Notes under the pieces: model-generated
Told to the model about the DNA's origin: nothing
What the model saw: only the letters and a program-made list of their open reading frames with translations
Database searches by the model: none
Part shown: positions 24,940 through 34,837 of the stretch, in pieces
How positions within the stretch are numbered: position 1 is the first letter of the stretch
Layout of the letters: the number at the start of each line of letters is the position of its first letter
IMG/VR virus record: IMGVR_UViG_3300032323_001800
Coordinates: 32,001-96,000 of that record
Length of the DNA stretch: 64,000 nt
Source of the DNA: a virus
Reading direction: 5' to 3' (one strand)
Position numbers and translations under genes: made by a program

Positions 24940-25594
24940 ACTTGTCTTTTAACCATTTGAAATCGTTAATCTTTTTAAGTATTAACGGTCTATCTTTATT
25001 TGCAGTTCCAAATTCTCTACCAAATTTTGCACCTGATTCTACGAATTCGGCATTCTCAACATTATTAAATTTAGAACACCAGATATCTAATCGGTATTCG
25101 TCTTCGCTGTTATTTCTATTAGGAATAATTCCCGAACTAAGTTTGGTACATTCTCTAACAGCAGTTCGCCATGCTTGGAATGGAGTTGAATTAAATTTAT
25201 GTATGCTTAATAATTTTTTAACTATATGTATATGCCCGTTAAATGATGTTGTAAAATCAATCACATCTTTATCTACAAAAAGGCTACGTTGAAAGACCTT
25301 TACTCCACCATGACCATATTCTAGATCATTTACAGGATTTTTTGATCGGAACACATATATTTTATTTTTTTCTTTTACACTATCATATACATCATTTAAT
25401 GAAAAATCTAAAAGATAGTTATCCGAATCAACAACCATAAATTGATCAGTGAATGATTTCGATGCACATGCTTTATGCGATTCTGCTATAGAAGTGATTG
25501 TATTCAATCGTTGAATCGTTGGCAATACACTCTTTGCTTTTGCAAAGTTTTCTTCTGCGTTTGAATCATCGTAATTTAAAAAGAATTTTTCCAC
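24911..25594 (-). CDS. GT-A (GT2-like) glycosyltransferase
   Basis: LNYDDSNAEENF, VVDSDN (DxD), YGHGGVK, PFQAWRTAVRE. Paralogue of the adjacent upstream gene. Confidence 0.7.
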   Translation of the reverse strand: MEKFFLNYDDSNAEENFAKAKSVLPTIQRLNTITSIAESHKACASKSFTDQFMVVDSDNYLLDFSLNDVYDSVKEKNKIYVFRSKNPVNDLEYGHGGVKVFQRSLFVDKDVIDFTTSFNGHIHIVKKLLSIHKFNSTPFQAWRTAVRECTKLSSGIIPNRNNSEDEYRLDIWCSKFNNVENAEFVESGAKFGREFGTANKDRPLILKKINDFKWLKDKYEQMVSRQN

Positions 25595-26493
25595 AAATTA
25601 TCTCTATTATAATATGTTCTACCTAGTTCTATTGATTCGTTATAAAGATCAATTAAACATAAACTTTGATTAGCATCGAAGTTAGCCCAATTTAAGCCTA
25701 ATTTAAGTTTTATCTGATGGCCGGTTTTTGTAATTTCTTCTTGACATCCAACTAAATTAGTTTCAAAGTGTTTTGCTATGTCATTATATATCTGTGCCAA
25801 TACTTCAAAATCTCTAACCTGCACATAATCCCAATTAGGATCATGTAACATCAAAGATCCCTGTCTTGCTCCTAATATAGAAAACAAACCATTTTTAGCA
25901 TGTGCGCCAATTGAAGACCAAATTCTTAGTCTGTGTATGTTGTGCCAATACACGTCAGAAGAAATATTTTGCGGTTGAACTTTGATTCCATTTTTAGTAA
26001 GCATCTTAACGCCTTCGCGAAAACCTGCTCTCCATGCTTGGAACGGGGTTTCATTCATAATGCTATCGCTGAATACAAGAGGAAAATTTTTGTAACCATC
26101 TTCCCAACAAAAATCAATTTGTGATCCGTTTGATTCAGCAGACTCGTGCGTCAGCATATTATTAACAAACGATTTACTCCAGATCTTAAGACCACCATTG
26201 CCATATTTTAAACCGTTTATAACATTATTCGCACACCAACTGAAAACTTTTACTTCATCAGTAATATCTAAATTTAAATCTAAAAACTTAGTGTGTATTT
26301 GATTGTCACCATCGACTGTTACAAACCATTCAGTATCTGACAGTTGAGCAGCAGCTTTATGGGCAGCATCTGACCCTTTAACTCCATGCACACGCTTTGC
26401 CCAAGGTGCTTTGTTTAATAAGTCAGCATAATTAATTTCAGCATTAGGCTCGTCGTAACTAATGTAGATTATATCAATTTCAGATATTTTCAT
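25576..26493 (-). CDS. GT-A (GT2-like) glycosyltransferase
   Basis: ISYDEPNAEINY, TVDGDN (DxD), YGNGGLK, PFQAWRAGFRE. Start set at the ATGA overlap. Confidence 0.72.
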   Translation of the reverse strand: MKISEIDIIYISYDEPNAEINYADLLNKAPWAKRVHGVKGSDAAHKAAAQLSDTEWFVTVDGDNQIHTKFLDLNLDITDEVKVFSWCANNVINGLKYGNGGLKIWSKSFVNNMLTHESAESNGSQIDFCWEDGYKNFPLVFSDSIMNETPFQAWRAGFREGVKMLTKNGIKVQPQNISSDVYWHNIHRLRIWSSIGAHAKNGLFSILGARQGSLMLHDPNWDYVQVRDFEVLAQIYNDIAKHFETNLVGCQEEITKTGHQIKLKLGLNWANFDANQSLCLIDLYNESIELGRTYYNRDNLWKNSF

Positions 26494-27083
26494 TCGAAAG
26501 CACATCCATATGTTTTAAATGTTTTTCTTGTATAAAAACTTAAATTAGAACTATAAAGAAAATCAAAATCTATTTTACTGATACGAGAAATAACTTCGTT
26601 AGTATCATTTAGATCTTCAAAATTAAATTTAAATGATTCATACAATACATTTATATCATCTTTTTTAGTAGCATATACTGTTATGCTACTTTCTTTTTTA
26701 TCGATAAGATCTTTTTTAGATCCGTTATATGTTACTATTAAATGCGGGATGTTATCTATAGAACATATTTTTAAAACAACATCAAATAAACTTATTGTTT
26801 CTAATCTCACAAACGGGATTTTATAAAAAGAATTATAGTCTGAATCTAATTGTATATCAAATTTATCAACTACTTTTAAGAGAGAACTATCGAGGTCTAT
26901 TTTGTAATTAGACATCTTTTTATTGCACAATAAAAAATCTTGATATAGCTCTATATAATTTTCAGTTACAACAATAAACGATTCATTGACATTTATGTTA
27001 TCGGTTGGATTAACCGACGATAAAGACCGTATATCACCGGTGCTGCTATTATATACAAAATAAAATTTATCTTCAGATGTCAT
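26490..27083 (-). CDS. Hypothetical protein
   Basis: 197 aa, very AT-rich, coupled within the GT operon. Confidence 0.7.
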   Translation of the reverse strand: MTSEDKFYFVYNSSTGDIRSLSSVNPTDNINVNESFIVVTENYIELYQDFLLCNKKMSNYKIDLDSSLLKVVDKFDIQLDSDYNSFYKIPFVRLETISLFDVVLKICSIDNIPHLIVTYNGSKKDLIDKKESSITVYATKKDDINVLYESFKFNFEDLNDTNEVISRISKIDFDFLYSSNLSFYTRKTFKTYGCAFE

Positions 27084-27928
27084 AATTTAAAATTTAATTT
27101 CATTTTTTGATTATATCCGTCAAACAAATTAGAAAAATCTAAATCTTTTTCAACATAATGTATTATGTCGTATTGATGGAATGAACCTATTTTATACTCA
27201 TCAATATTATTTGTGTAAAACCCAATGTCTCGAGACCACTTAAATATTGGAGTTTTTAAATTTTGAATCATTGGTTTCATATGAACAAACTTAGGAAACT
27301 CTAACGGATGTGATATTTGATCTTGTATATCCAACAACTGTGCCGCTAAAGAAAAGATTTCGTCCGTGCCCATTTCGTTTGGCTTTTCTTTTTCTAAAAA
27401 CATATTTTTAAATTCTTCTTTTTGATTTGTAATGGCCTGTACCAACTCAAAAAAATCTCGAACCATATAAGATTCTTTTTTAAAAAATGTGTATGCTGAA
27501 TACAAATTAGGCAAATTGTTTTCTTTATAGATTTTCCTATAATAATCGCTGGTTACTATTTCATTTCTGTAAGTCAATACATTAGATGCTATATACATTT
27601 CGCAGTTTTCAACAAAATAATCAATCCAATGGCTAGTATCTCTCATAAAAATCATATCAGCATCTAAACACACTGTATGTTTCCATGGTGAAATTTTATT
27701 CATATAGGATCGACCGTCCCAGTGAGTTTGCTTGTCCCAGTATTCAACTTTATCAAACGCCCATGAGGTTTTATATAATTCAAGTTTTTTTACGTTATCA
27801 GTTACTAACGCAACATTATCGTATCCTGCCTTTTGAGTTCGTTTTATAGACAACGCCAATAGATGAGCCATAGCATGGTAATCATGAATTCCGTCATCCG
27901 ATACTATTATTAAATAACCAAAACTCAC
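27080..27928 (-). CDS. GT-A (GT8-like) glycosyltransferase
   Basis: LALSIK, TVCLDADMIF (DxD), NLYSAYTFFKK, DEIFSLA, FVHMKP. Confidence 0.7.
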   Translation of the reverse strand: MSFGYLIIVSDDGIHDYHAMAHLLALSIKRTQKAGYDNVALVTDNVKKLELYKTSWAFDKVEYWDKQTHWDGRSYMNKISPWKHTVCLDADMIFMRDTSHWIDYFVENCEMYIASNVLTYRNEIVTSDYYRKIYKENNLPNLYSAYTFFKKESYMVRDFFELVQAITNQKEEFKNMFLEKEKPNEMGTDEIFSLAAQLLDIQDQISHPLEFPKFVHMKPMIQNLKTPIFKWSRDIGFYTNNIDEYKIGSFHQYDIIHYVEKDLDFSNLFDGYNQKMKLNFKL

Positions 27929-28737
27929 AGTAATGCCTCTTTAAATTCTAAAATTGCAGACTTATTCATAACATGTACATCAGAATCTTGAATAGTCAGC
28001 AATGTGTCATTATTTTTTAAGATTAATTTGACTATTCCCTTATCTATTTTTAACACACTCTCGTCGTTTAATGTAAATGACAGAGGAGGAAGATATAATC
28101 TATCTAAAGACGATGCATACATGATATGTTCTGCTAATGTAAAAGCAATATCGTTCCTATATTGAAACGGCACAAAATTATATACGTCAGCATAGTAAAG
28201 ATAATTTTCCTTTATGTGCTTTACTAAATTAAAAAAAGTTTCTGCTTCTTGAGTTTTTTTAAACATAATAGCAGTTGCCCATCTTAATTTTGGACCGGTG
28301 TTAGATACATATATGTCGGGAATCTCTAATCTAGAATTAGCAGGGTCAAGCATTGTTTCGCAAAGGATAACGCTCTGATCTATATCCCAATACTGATTAA
28401 ATCTATCAGTAAAAATTAATAGATCACTGTCAATTAACAGCGTATGTTCGTAGGGTGTTAAAGCGTATATATCTGGCCGATTCCAATTTAAAAATGTGTC
28501 GGTGATTTTTCCATCGATAACTCGAACGTTGCCGTTTTTTGGTTTGTCTGTTAAAATTATTTTATCAAAAAACTCAAAAAAAGAATTGTTTTTTAAATTT
28601 TCTAAAGATTCTTGATCTGTAATTAGCGAAACTGGCAAATTTAAATTTTGTCGAGCCAAAGAAGCAGCGATAGCTGCCAGTGTTGAATACGATACAATCG
28701 GTGTATCATGAGCTACAACTAAAAGTCCCCGTGTCAT
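27925..28737 (-). CDS. GT-A (GT8-like) glycosyltransferase
   Basis: TLLIDSDLLIF (DxD), WATAIMFKK, YRNDIAFTLA. Paralogue of 27080-27928. Confidence 0.7.
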   Translation of the reverse strand: MTRGLLVVAHDTPIVSYSTLAAIAASLARQNLNLPVSLITDQESLENLKNNSFFEFFDKIILTDKPKNGNVRVIDGKITDTFLNWNRPDIYALTPYEHTLLIDSDLLIFTDRFNQYWDIDQSVILCETMLDPANSRLEIPDIYVSNTGPKLRWATAIMFKKTQEAETFFNLVKHIKENYLYYADVYNFVPFQYRNDIAFTLAEHIMYASSLDRLYLPPLSFTLNDESVLKIDKGIVKLILKNNDTLLTIQDSDVHVMNKSAILEFKEALL

Positions 28738-29084
28738 AGTTTTTCCAAATCATATATAGATCTAGCTTTTTTTAACTTTTCAACATGATCAATGTACTCG
28801 GTTGTAGCCGAAAAATATCTGTCTATGATTTTATCACTGAATTCTTTTAAATTAGTAATAATTACAGGGTTTTTATTTGAGTCAAGTACCGGAATCGATT
28901 CAATCCGATCATTACTAATTAAAAAATTAACGAAATTAATTAGTTCGTGATCTATTTTGAATATTCCGCCGTTAAACCCAAAGGTTAAATCAGCGTCTAA
29001 CTTTTCTTTTAAGTATAAACGCTGAGTAGTTAGCGACTTATGATAGTCTGCGTATTCTAATGCTGATTTTAATTTATTATCCAT
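28734..29084 (-). CDS. Hypothetical protein, first gene of the GT operon
   Basis: 116 aa, ATGA-coupled to the downstream GT. Confidence 0.75.
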   Translation of the reverse strand: MDNKLKSALEYADYHKSLTTQRLYLKEKLDADLTFGFNGGIFKIDHELINFVNFLISNDRIESIPVLDSNKNPVIITNLKEFSDKIIDRYFSATTEYIDHVEKLKKARSIYDLEKL

Positions 29085-29090
29085 CTCTGT

Positions 29091-29120
29091 ATTCTAGCAT
29101 ATTATATATGCTCTTGTCAA
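29091..29120 (-). promoter_or_regulatory. Sigma70-type promoter for the GT/radical SAM operon
   Basis: Minus strand TTGACA(29120-29115)-N18-TAGAAT(29096-29091) with TGn extension. ATG follows after 6 nt. Confidence 0.7.
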
Positions 29121-29134
29121 GAGATAAAATAAAT

Positions 29135-30295
29135 TTATGATGAACTGATTGTAGTAGGAGAAATTACTAAATCGGAAAACGGATAATTTAATGTTATGCC
29201 GCCCGTGGTGTAGAATAATATGAATGCTATGCTGATATCAGCTGTTACTGCCTGGGCAAATACGTTAGCGTGTGCATCGGCCATAGTAATCGACCATCTC
29301 ATTCTCCTTTCGTTAAGAGCTCTATGTGTTATTGAAAGGTAATTTGTTGCATAGCTACCACTACCCGCAACCCTGTAAATTTCTCTATCAAAGGCATCAG
29401 CATCGTAAAATCCAGCTGTAGTCCAATTTCCCGGACGACTTCCCATGTTGGCAGCATTTCGACCCCCATAATTGACCGGAGTTGTATTCAAAATTGCTGC
29501 CCAAGATTCGTCTTTTAGTTTTGAGTTTGCTGTAGTTGCCGCACCTGCATTGATATCAAATTGAATATGCCCACCGGTGTTAAACCATTGACGAATAGCA
29601 TTTAAAGACGGCCACTCTATTTCTAAAGTAAATGATAATGTACCTGTCCAGTCACCGGTGAACGTTCTAGGGCTAGTTGCAGGTTGATTAGATGTGCTTT
29701 CACCTAAGTAGTATTTCTGGGTATTAGAGGCATTTGCTAGATTATAAAAAGAATCATATACATTGTATCTAATTATTGAACCTCGAGTCGATGTAGGTAA
29801 TTCGCCAGCACCTGTGCCATCGGCTACTGTAAATCCAGTTTGATGTTTTCTTACCGAAGCTAAATCTGCTCTTAATCTGTTAAATTGATTAGCAGAAATA
29901 ATGAACTGCTGTATTCTTCCTGTTTGGCCAGTTTGCCATGTTGTGAAACCAGCAGTATTGGTATTAAGATTAATGGTAAAAGTAAAGGTGCTAACTGTAA
30001 CAACACTTACGTATCTGTCATTTAACTCTACCATTCCTCCACCAATACTATCAATATAGATAATCTCTCCTGGAACTAAATTGTGTCGAACATTAGTCGT
30101 TACAGTAGCTTGCGAGGCTTTGCTCACACTTGTAATTTGTGCTGTAGAAAATGGATATTGTTCAGAAACAATAGTAGCTTGTCCGTAGCCTGTATCTACA
30201 GGGATAGTACCGGATGTAGGTCCAATTAGTGTTGCTACCGTGCTTTGTATAGCATTGTATTCAGAGAAAATAACCGTAGATCCAAGACTTGCCAT
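29135..30295 (-). CDS. Virion structural/tail-associated protein with FCCH-like beta module
   Basis: ITSVSKASQATVTTNVRHNL..GEIIYI...GMVELN module. Thr/Gly-rich, last gene of the fibre block. Confidence 0.6.
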   Translation of the reverse strand: MASLGSTVIFSEYNAIQSTVATLIGPTSGTIPVDTGYGQATIVSEQYPFSTAQITSVSKASQATVTTNVRHNLVPGEIIYIDSIGGGMVELNDRYVSVVTVSTFTFTINLNTNTAGFTTWQTGQTGRIQQFIISANQFNRLRADLASVRKHQTGFTVADGTGAGELPTSTRGSIIRYNVYDSFYNLANASNTQKYYLGESTSNQPATSPRTFTGDWTGTLSFTLEIEWPSLNAIRQWFNTGGHIQFDINAGAATTANSKLKDESWAAILNTTPVNYGGRNAANMGSRPGNWTTAGFYDADAFDREIYRVAGSGSYATNYLSITHRALNERRMRWSITMADAHANVFAQAVTADISIAFILFYTTGGITLNYPFSDLVISPTTISSS

Positions 30296-30304
30296 TTCTA
30301 ATCC

Positions 30305-32092
30305 TTAAAGTATAATTGCTTCAATTAATTTTACATCGGTGTTTTCGCTAGATTCTAACGCTATAGCAAATACATCTGCGTATTGGTGTAGAGTAGCAAG
30401 TACAGCACAGCCGTTATTTGTTGCTACAAGACGATCACCTTTCTTTATAGATCCAACCACCTTAACAGGTACTCTGCCCTTTAGTGCTACTGCCTGTCCT
30501 TCTGCTTTAGAATTCATCAAATAAGCAGGCTTTTCACTAACGGCTCCAATTGCTCTATCACCAAAAACAGACGATCTAGCTTCTGCTTCACCACCGATCG
30601 ATATAACAGTACCGACCTCATACTCTTTATCAGTTTTATATATTTCAGCAAGGTCAGCATAGTTAGCAGATGTGGCTGTACCGTCAAAGAATCTAGCAGA
30701 AACATCTCCTGCTGAATTTCTTAAAACTACAGTATCTGGTAATTTATTAGTCGATGGTAGTTTGCCATCAAGTCTTAACGAATCTGATGCTATACCGTCA
30801 AATTGAATTGCTTTAATAACACCGCTAGCATCACGAATTGGGATCGTAACTGATCCGGGATTTGCTACTGCTGACGGCGAGTAAGTTGCTAGCCTCAATG
30901 AGTCTAACGAGCTGCCAGCTTGACCGGAACAATCGCCAACTACGTTACCAGTTAAATTTCCGCTAAAAATTTTATTAACTGAATCGTATGCTATAGCACC
31001 CGACGAATCTGTTATATTACCTTGGTGTGTGCCTGCAGTGTTTCCTAATACGTTGCCTGTTAAGTTACCAAATAACGAAACAGCATAAACATTTTTCCAT
31101 GTTCTAGCTGCTGATCCTAAATTAATTCTATTAGTTTGTCCAGGGGCAATTGTAAGTGCCGGAAATGCCGAGGCTAACGCACCGGAGAACGCCGATCTTG
31201 TAATAACAAACATGTCATCAAAATCTTCAGTGGATCCAGCGTTACTAATTCTTAAACGCAATGGGCCATTATTTAAATTTTCTATAATCGGAGATGAGTT
31301 ACCGATATAAATTCCTAAATCGTTTCGTGTGCCGATCGTTAAACCTGCATCACCGAACGCAGTTCTAGTTGTAAAACCAACCGAGTCGCCTGTTCTTCTA
31401 ACAAATGAATCTACTGGCAGACCGCCTAATCTTTCCGAGTTTGATGCAGTTCCCCAAAATTTAAAACCTGCCGACGTATCACTAACACCGTTTTGATCAA
31501 CTGAGTTAAGTGTTATACCTTTGTTAATTCTGTTGTTGGCTAAAGAGAATCCGCTAATTTGATTTGTATCAGATAGTGTAAAAGTCGGATCATTACTGAA
31601 AATCGCAGTAGTTATACCACCAACCACTGATCTTAAAATAACATGAGATGCGTTACTCGTATCTTTAACAACCTGAGTAATAATTTGCGAGGTACCAAAT
31701 CCTGGCGCACTCTGGGGACCAACTAACACAAAGCTAGATCCGGTCCAAACAGAAACTTGACTTGTAGTAGAATCATACCACAAATCGCCTTGAGTCAATC
31801 CAATCGGGGGTGTGTCGGATACTTCGGGACTACTGGCTGTTTTAAATTTAGAGCCGTCAAAAAACTTTATTTTTTTATTTCCACTATCATACCAAATTTG
31901 GCCTGATACTGGTTTTGACGGTGCTATGGTATTAGCAAAATTTTCTAACAGATATAAAAAATTTTCGTTCTGAACTTCACCGTATCCGGCATAATTTTGA
32001 CCGATAAAACTTAAATCAGTAGTTCGATCAACTGTGCCCGGGGCAACAGTTGTTAAAAATGTTCCGCTATATCTATCAACTCTATATGACAT
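30305..32092 (-). CDS. Tail fibre paralogue with C-terminal autocleaving chaperone-like domain
   Basis: Shared N-domain GQNYAGYGEVQNENFLYLLENF. C-terminal YADLAE...LKGRVPVKVVG.IKKGD (peptidase G2/IMC-like). Confidence 0.75.
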   Translation of the reverse strand: MSYRVDRYSGTFLTTVAPGTVDRTTDLSFIGQNYAGYGEVQNENFLYLLENFANTIAPSKPVSGQIWYDSGNKKIKFFDGSKFKTASSPEVSDTPPIGLTQGDLWYDSTTSQVSVWTGSSFVLVGPQSAPGFGTSQIITQVVKDTSNASHVILRSVVGGITTAIFSNDPTFTLSDTNQISGFSLANNRINKGITLNSVDQNGVSDTSAGFKFWGTASNSERLGGLPVDSFVRRTGDSVGFTTRTAFGDAGLTIGTRNDLGIYIGNSSPIIENLNNGPLRLRISNAGSTEDFDDMFVITRSAFSGALASAFPALTIAPGQTNRINLGSAARTWKNVYAVSLFGNLTGNVLGNTAGTHQGNITDSSGAIAYDSVNKIFSGNLTGNVVGDCSGQAGSSLDSLRLATYSPSAVANPGSVTIPIRDASGVIKAIQFDGIASDSLRLDGKLPSTNKLPDTVVLRNSAGDVSARFFDGTATSANYADLAEIYKTDKEYEVGTVISIGGEAEARSSVFGDRAIGAVSEKPAYLMNSKAEGQAVALKGRVPVKVVGSIKKGDRLVATNNGCAVLATLHQYADVFAIALESSENTDVKLIEAIIL

Positions 32093-32110
32093 GTTAGTTC
32101 CAGTTTCGTT

Positions 32111-32116
32111 TATTTA
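32111..32116 (-). promoter_or_regulatory. Putative late promoter core TAAATA
   Basis: Intergenic gaTAAATA upstream of the fibre ATG at 32092. Confidence 0.45.
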
Positions 32117-32126
32117 TCGGCTTATT

Positions 32127-32597
32127 TTATTCTAAATTTAGCTTTTTACTTGTTGTGGTTTTTTCTTCTTCTAAAGAAACCCAAGTATAAGCGTTGGTAT
32201 TAGTAGAATAGGCTGCTATCTGTTCTTGGTGTGTAGATCTAATTGTATCTAAAAATTCTTTCATTTCTGTAAATTTTTCAGTTTTTGGTATGTCGGATTG
32301 AGCTAACATATCAATAATAATATTCAATTGAGAATGTATAGGATATTTGTCTAAAACAGTAACGTTGGTTGTGTATCTAACATAGGACTCAGTTATTACT
32401 GGTTTATCTGTTCTTGCTCTAATTTCACCTGAAGCAAAATCTCCGTACCAATACTCTCCGAGAGATTCGTCAAGCTCGACTATTTTAGTATCAAATTTAG
32501 TTAAATCTAATTTTGATTTGTCATTGTCACTGGTTAATTCACCTATAAAAACCCCAGTGCTCTTTAAAAATAGTAATTCTCTAGATTGCTTTGCCAT
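32127..32597 (-). CDS. Putative tail fibre assembly protein
   Basis: 156 aa, YPIHSQLNI helical C-domain, downstream of a fibre gene. Confidence 0.5.
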   Translation of the reverse strand: MAKQSRELLFLKSTGVFIGELTSDNDKSKLDLTKFDTKIVELDESLGEYWYGDFASGEIRARTDKPVITESYVRYTTNVTVLDKYPIHSQLNIIIDMLAQSDIPKTEKFTEMKEFLDTIRSTHQEQIAAYSTNTNAYTWVSLEEEKTTTSKKLNLE

Positions 32598-32598
32598 T

Positions 32599-33099
32599 TT
32601 AATTTCCTATATTTCCCCAAGCTAGCACTAAACTGTACTTAGGGGTTTCATTCTCTGTTATCTTTGTAACTTCATGTTCTATGTGTATGGGCATTTCCAA
32701 TAACGCACCCGGTTCTTCTTGCACAAGGTTAGCGTTTCCGTTTTCATCAAACCATTGAAAATGAGGTTTATCGCTTTGAAGAAAAATTAGTTTAAACTTC
32801 CAATAGCCGCCTGCACTGTCTCGGTGTCGCAACAAATAATCACCCGGGTCATATCTGTTAATTGTAAAGCTCGTTACAGTTTTCTTATTATCGGGAATTG
32901 TTTTAAAAATAGCATCAATTAATTCGTCATTCATATTAAAATGAAATAAACTTTTTATTTTGCTATCTCCGTATGCCGTTGAAAAATTATATGTTTTACC
33001 TAAACTCCTGTCAGAAAATTTATCTCTATGCTTTTCAGCAATAGCTATAATTTCATCAGAATTAGTAAGATAATTTTTCACAAGATTAACCTGATACAT
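32599..33099 (-). CDS. 2OG-Fe(II) dioxygenase
   Basis: INRYDPGDYLLRHRD (HxD), HEV distal His, KYS 2OG-binding motif. Start set at ATG 33099. Confidence 0.82.
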   Translation of the reverse strand: MYQVNLVKNYLTNSDEIIAIAEKHRDKFSDRSLGKTYNFSTAYGDSKIKSLFHFNMNDELIDAIFKTIPDNKKTVTSFTINRYDPGDYLLRHRDSAGGYWKFKLIFLQSDKPHFQWFDENGNANLVQEEPGALLEMPIHIEHEVTKITENETPKYSLVLAWGNIGN

Positions 33100-34825
33100 A
33101 TTCCCAACTTGTTCCAATACTATTAACTCTAAACACTAAATTATTAATTCTAGTTGGGTTATTCACTGTTGTAGTTACAGATACCGCATTAACAAAACTT
33201 ACGCTAATCCATCCGCCATACCCTAAACTAACAGCACTAGAAACATTCTGAACTGTTCCGGCTATTCTTGCTTGTTGGCCTGGTTGATAATTTCCGGTAG
33301 GTGCTAGTGTATTCAACAATGAAGCTATATTTGTATTTGTAAGTCCTCTAACATCTAAAGAAAATACCAAAGGTTTTAATGTATAGAAATCTTGCACATA
33401 CTCATCAACATATTGTTTAGTTGCAGCGTGATTTGGTTCTACTGGATCTCCGGGAAGTGTTAGATATCCGGTCATAACGCTACCAGACTTGGCAACTTTA
33501 GTATTATCAAATACTGTTATGTTTTGAGTGCCGTCAAATTCTTCGCCATTTATAAAAACTTCAGATGCCAATCTTACTGCTGAATCGGCTCGACCTTGAA
33601 ATTCTACCCCTATAAAAGTTTTTGTAACATGGTTATAAGCTAGGTCATCGTTAATATCAAACAGATCGCCTGTATGGTCGCCTTCGGTATCACCGATTAA
33701 ATTACCTGCTACATTACCTGTTAAGTTTCCTGAAAAATTTCCAATGAATGTTTTAGTAGAAGAATTATACGATACACTTAAATCTTGTGCTTGAATATTT
33801 CCTCTATGAGTGCCTATCGAATTGCCAGTAAGACTACCAACAACATTGCCTTGAACATTACCTTCAACATCTGCTAGTATGTTTGTAGCATATATATTGT
33901 TCCATCGCTTACTGACGCTTCCGATGTTTAAATTACCGTTAGTTCCGGGTATAAATCCGTCCGGATTAAAAACGTAATCTAATACTTCAGTATTATCGAC
34001 TATTCTTAAAACAAAATCTGTTCCTGATAGGTTACTAAGAACAGGACTATTACCGTTTTCGACATATATTCTTAAATCGCTTCCGTCACCTACATAGAAT
34101 CCAGCATCATCAAAACCTGATCCATTATTGGTTCGCAATACAAAACTTTCTATACCGTAGCCGTCTAATTTTTTTGAATTACTCGATGATCCCCAATACC
34201 AATAATCCCCCGATGTTACTCCAGATGATCCTGTATTGATTAGCGTGAAGCCCTTTTTAATTGTTGTAAAACCAGTTATTCCCTCAATAATTCCAATATC
34301 AAATTGGTCATTAGATATCGTTGCAATTACATCACTGTCCATAAACACTTTAACAATAGCATGTTCAGTGTTTCCGTTGTCTCGAATAGTGTCCGAAACT
34401 AGTCTAGTAACTCCAAATCCTGGAGATTGTTCTGGCCCAACAGTGACAAATTCTATACCATTCCATACGCTGACTTGATTTTTATTCGAATCAAACCAAA
34501 GATTTCCTTGATCTTTAATAGTAAGACCAGTTGGCGGTGTAGCTTCAACTTCAGTAACCGTTAAACTTCTCCATGCGTTTGTAGAATCTCTATATTTTAT
34601 TTTATTGTTTGCTTCGTCAAACCATAGTTGCCCAATTACTGGTTTTCTAGGAGCTGTGGTATTTCTAAAATTTTCTAATAAATGTAGAAAGTTTTCGTTC
34701 TGAACTTCACCATACCCGGCATAGTTTTTACCAATTAGTTTTAAATCACTACTGGTTGTATCGACTGTTTGATCAGGGACCGTTGTAAATACAGTTCCGT
34801 TAAATCTATCAATTTGGTATGGCAT
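33086..34825 (-). CDS. Tail fibre paralogue
   Basis: Shared N-domain, GNxxG repeats, HAATKQYVD. Confidence 0.75.
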   Translation of the reverse strand: MPYQIDRFNGTVFTTVPDQTVDTTSSDLKLIGKNYAGYGEVQNENFLHLLENFRNTTAPRKPVIGQLWFDEANNKIKYRDSTNAWRSLTVTEVEATPPTGLTIKDQGNLWFDSNKNQVSVWNGIEFVTVGPEQSPGFGVTRLVSDTIRDNGNTEHAIVKVFMDSDVIATISNDQFDIGIIEGITGFTTIKKGFTLINTGSSGVTSGDYWYWGSSSNSKKLDGYGIESFVLRTNNGSGFDDAGFYVGDGSDLRIYVENGNSPVLSNLSGTDFVLRIVDNTEVLDYVFNPDGFIPGTNGNLNIGSVSKRWNNIYATNILADVEGNVQGNVVGSLTGNSIGTHRGNIQAQDLSVSYNSSTKTFIGNFSGNLTGNVAGNLIGDTEGDHTGDLFDINDDLAYNHVTKTFIGVEFQGRADSAVRLASEVFINGEEFDGTQNITVFDNTKVAKSGSVMTGYLTLPGDPVEPNHAATKQYVDEYVQDFYTLKPLVFSLDVRGLTNTNIASLLNTLAPTGNYQPGQQARIAGTVQNVSSAVSLGYGGWISVSFVNAVSVTTTVNNPTRINNLVFRVNSIGTSWEYVSG

Positions 34826-34837
34826 CTGTTCGCTCCG

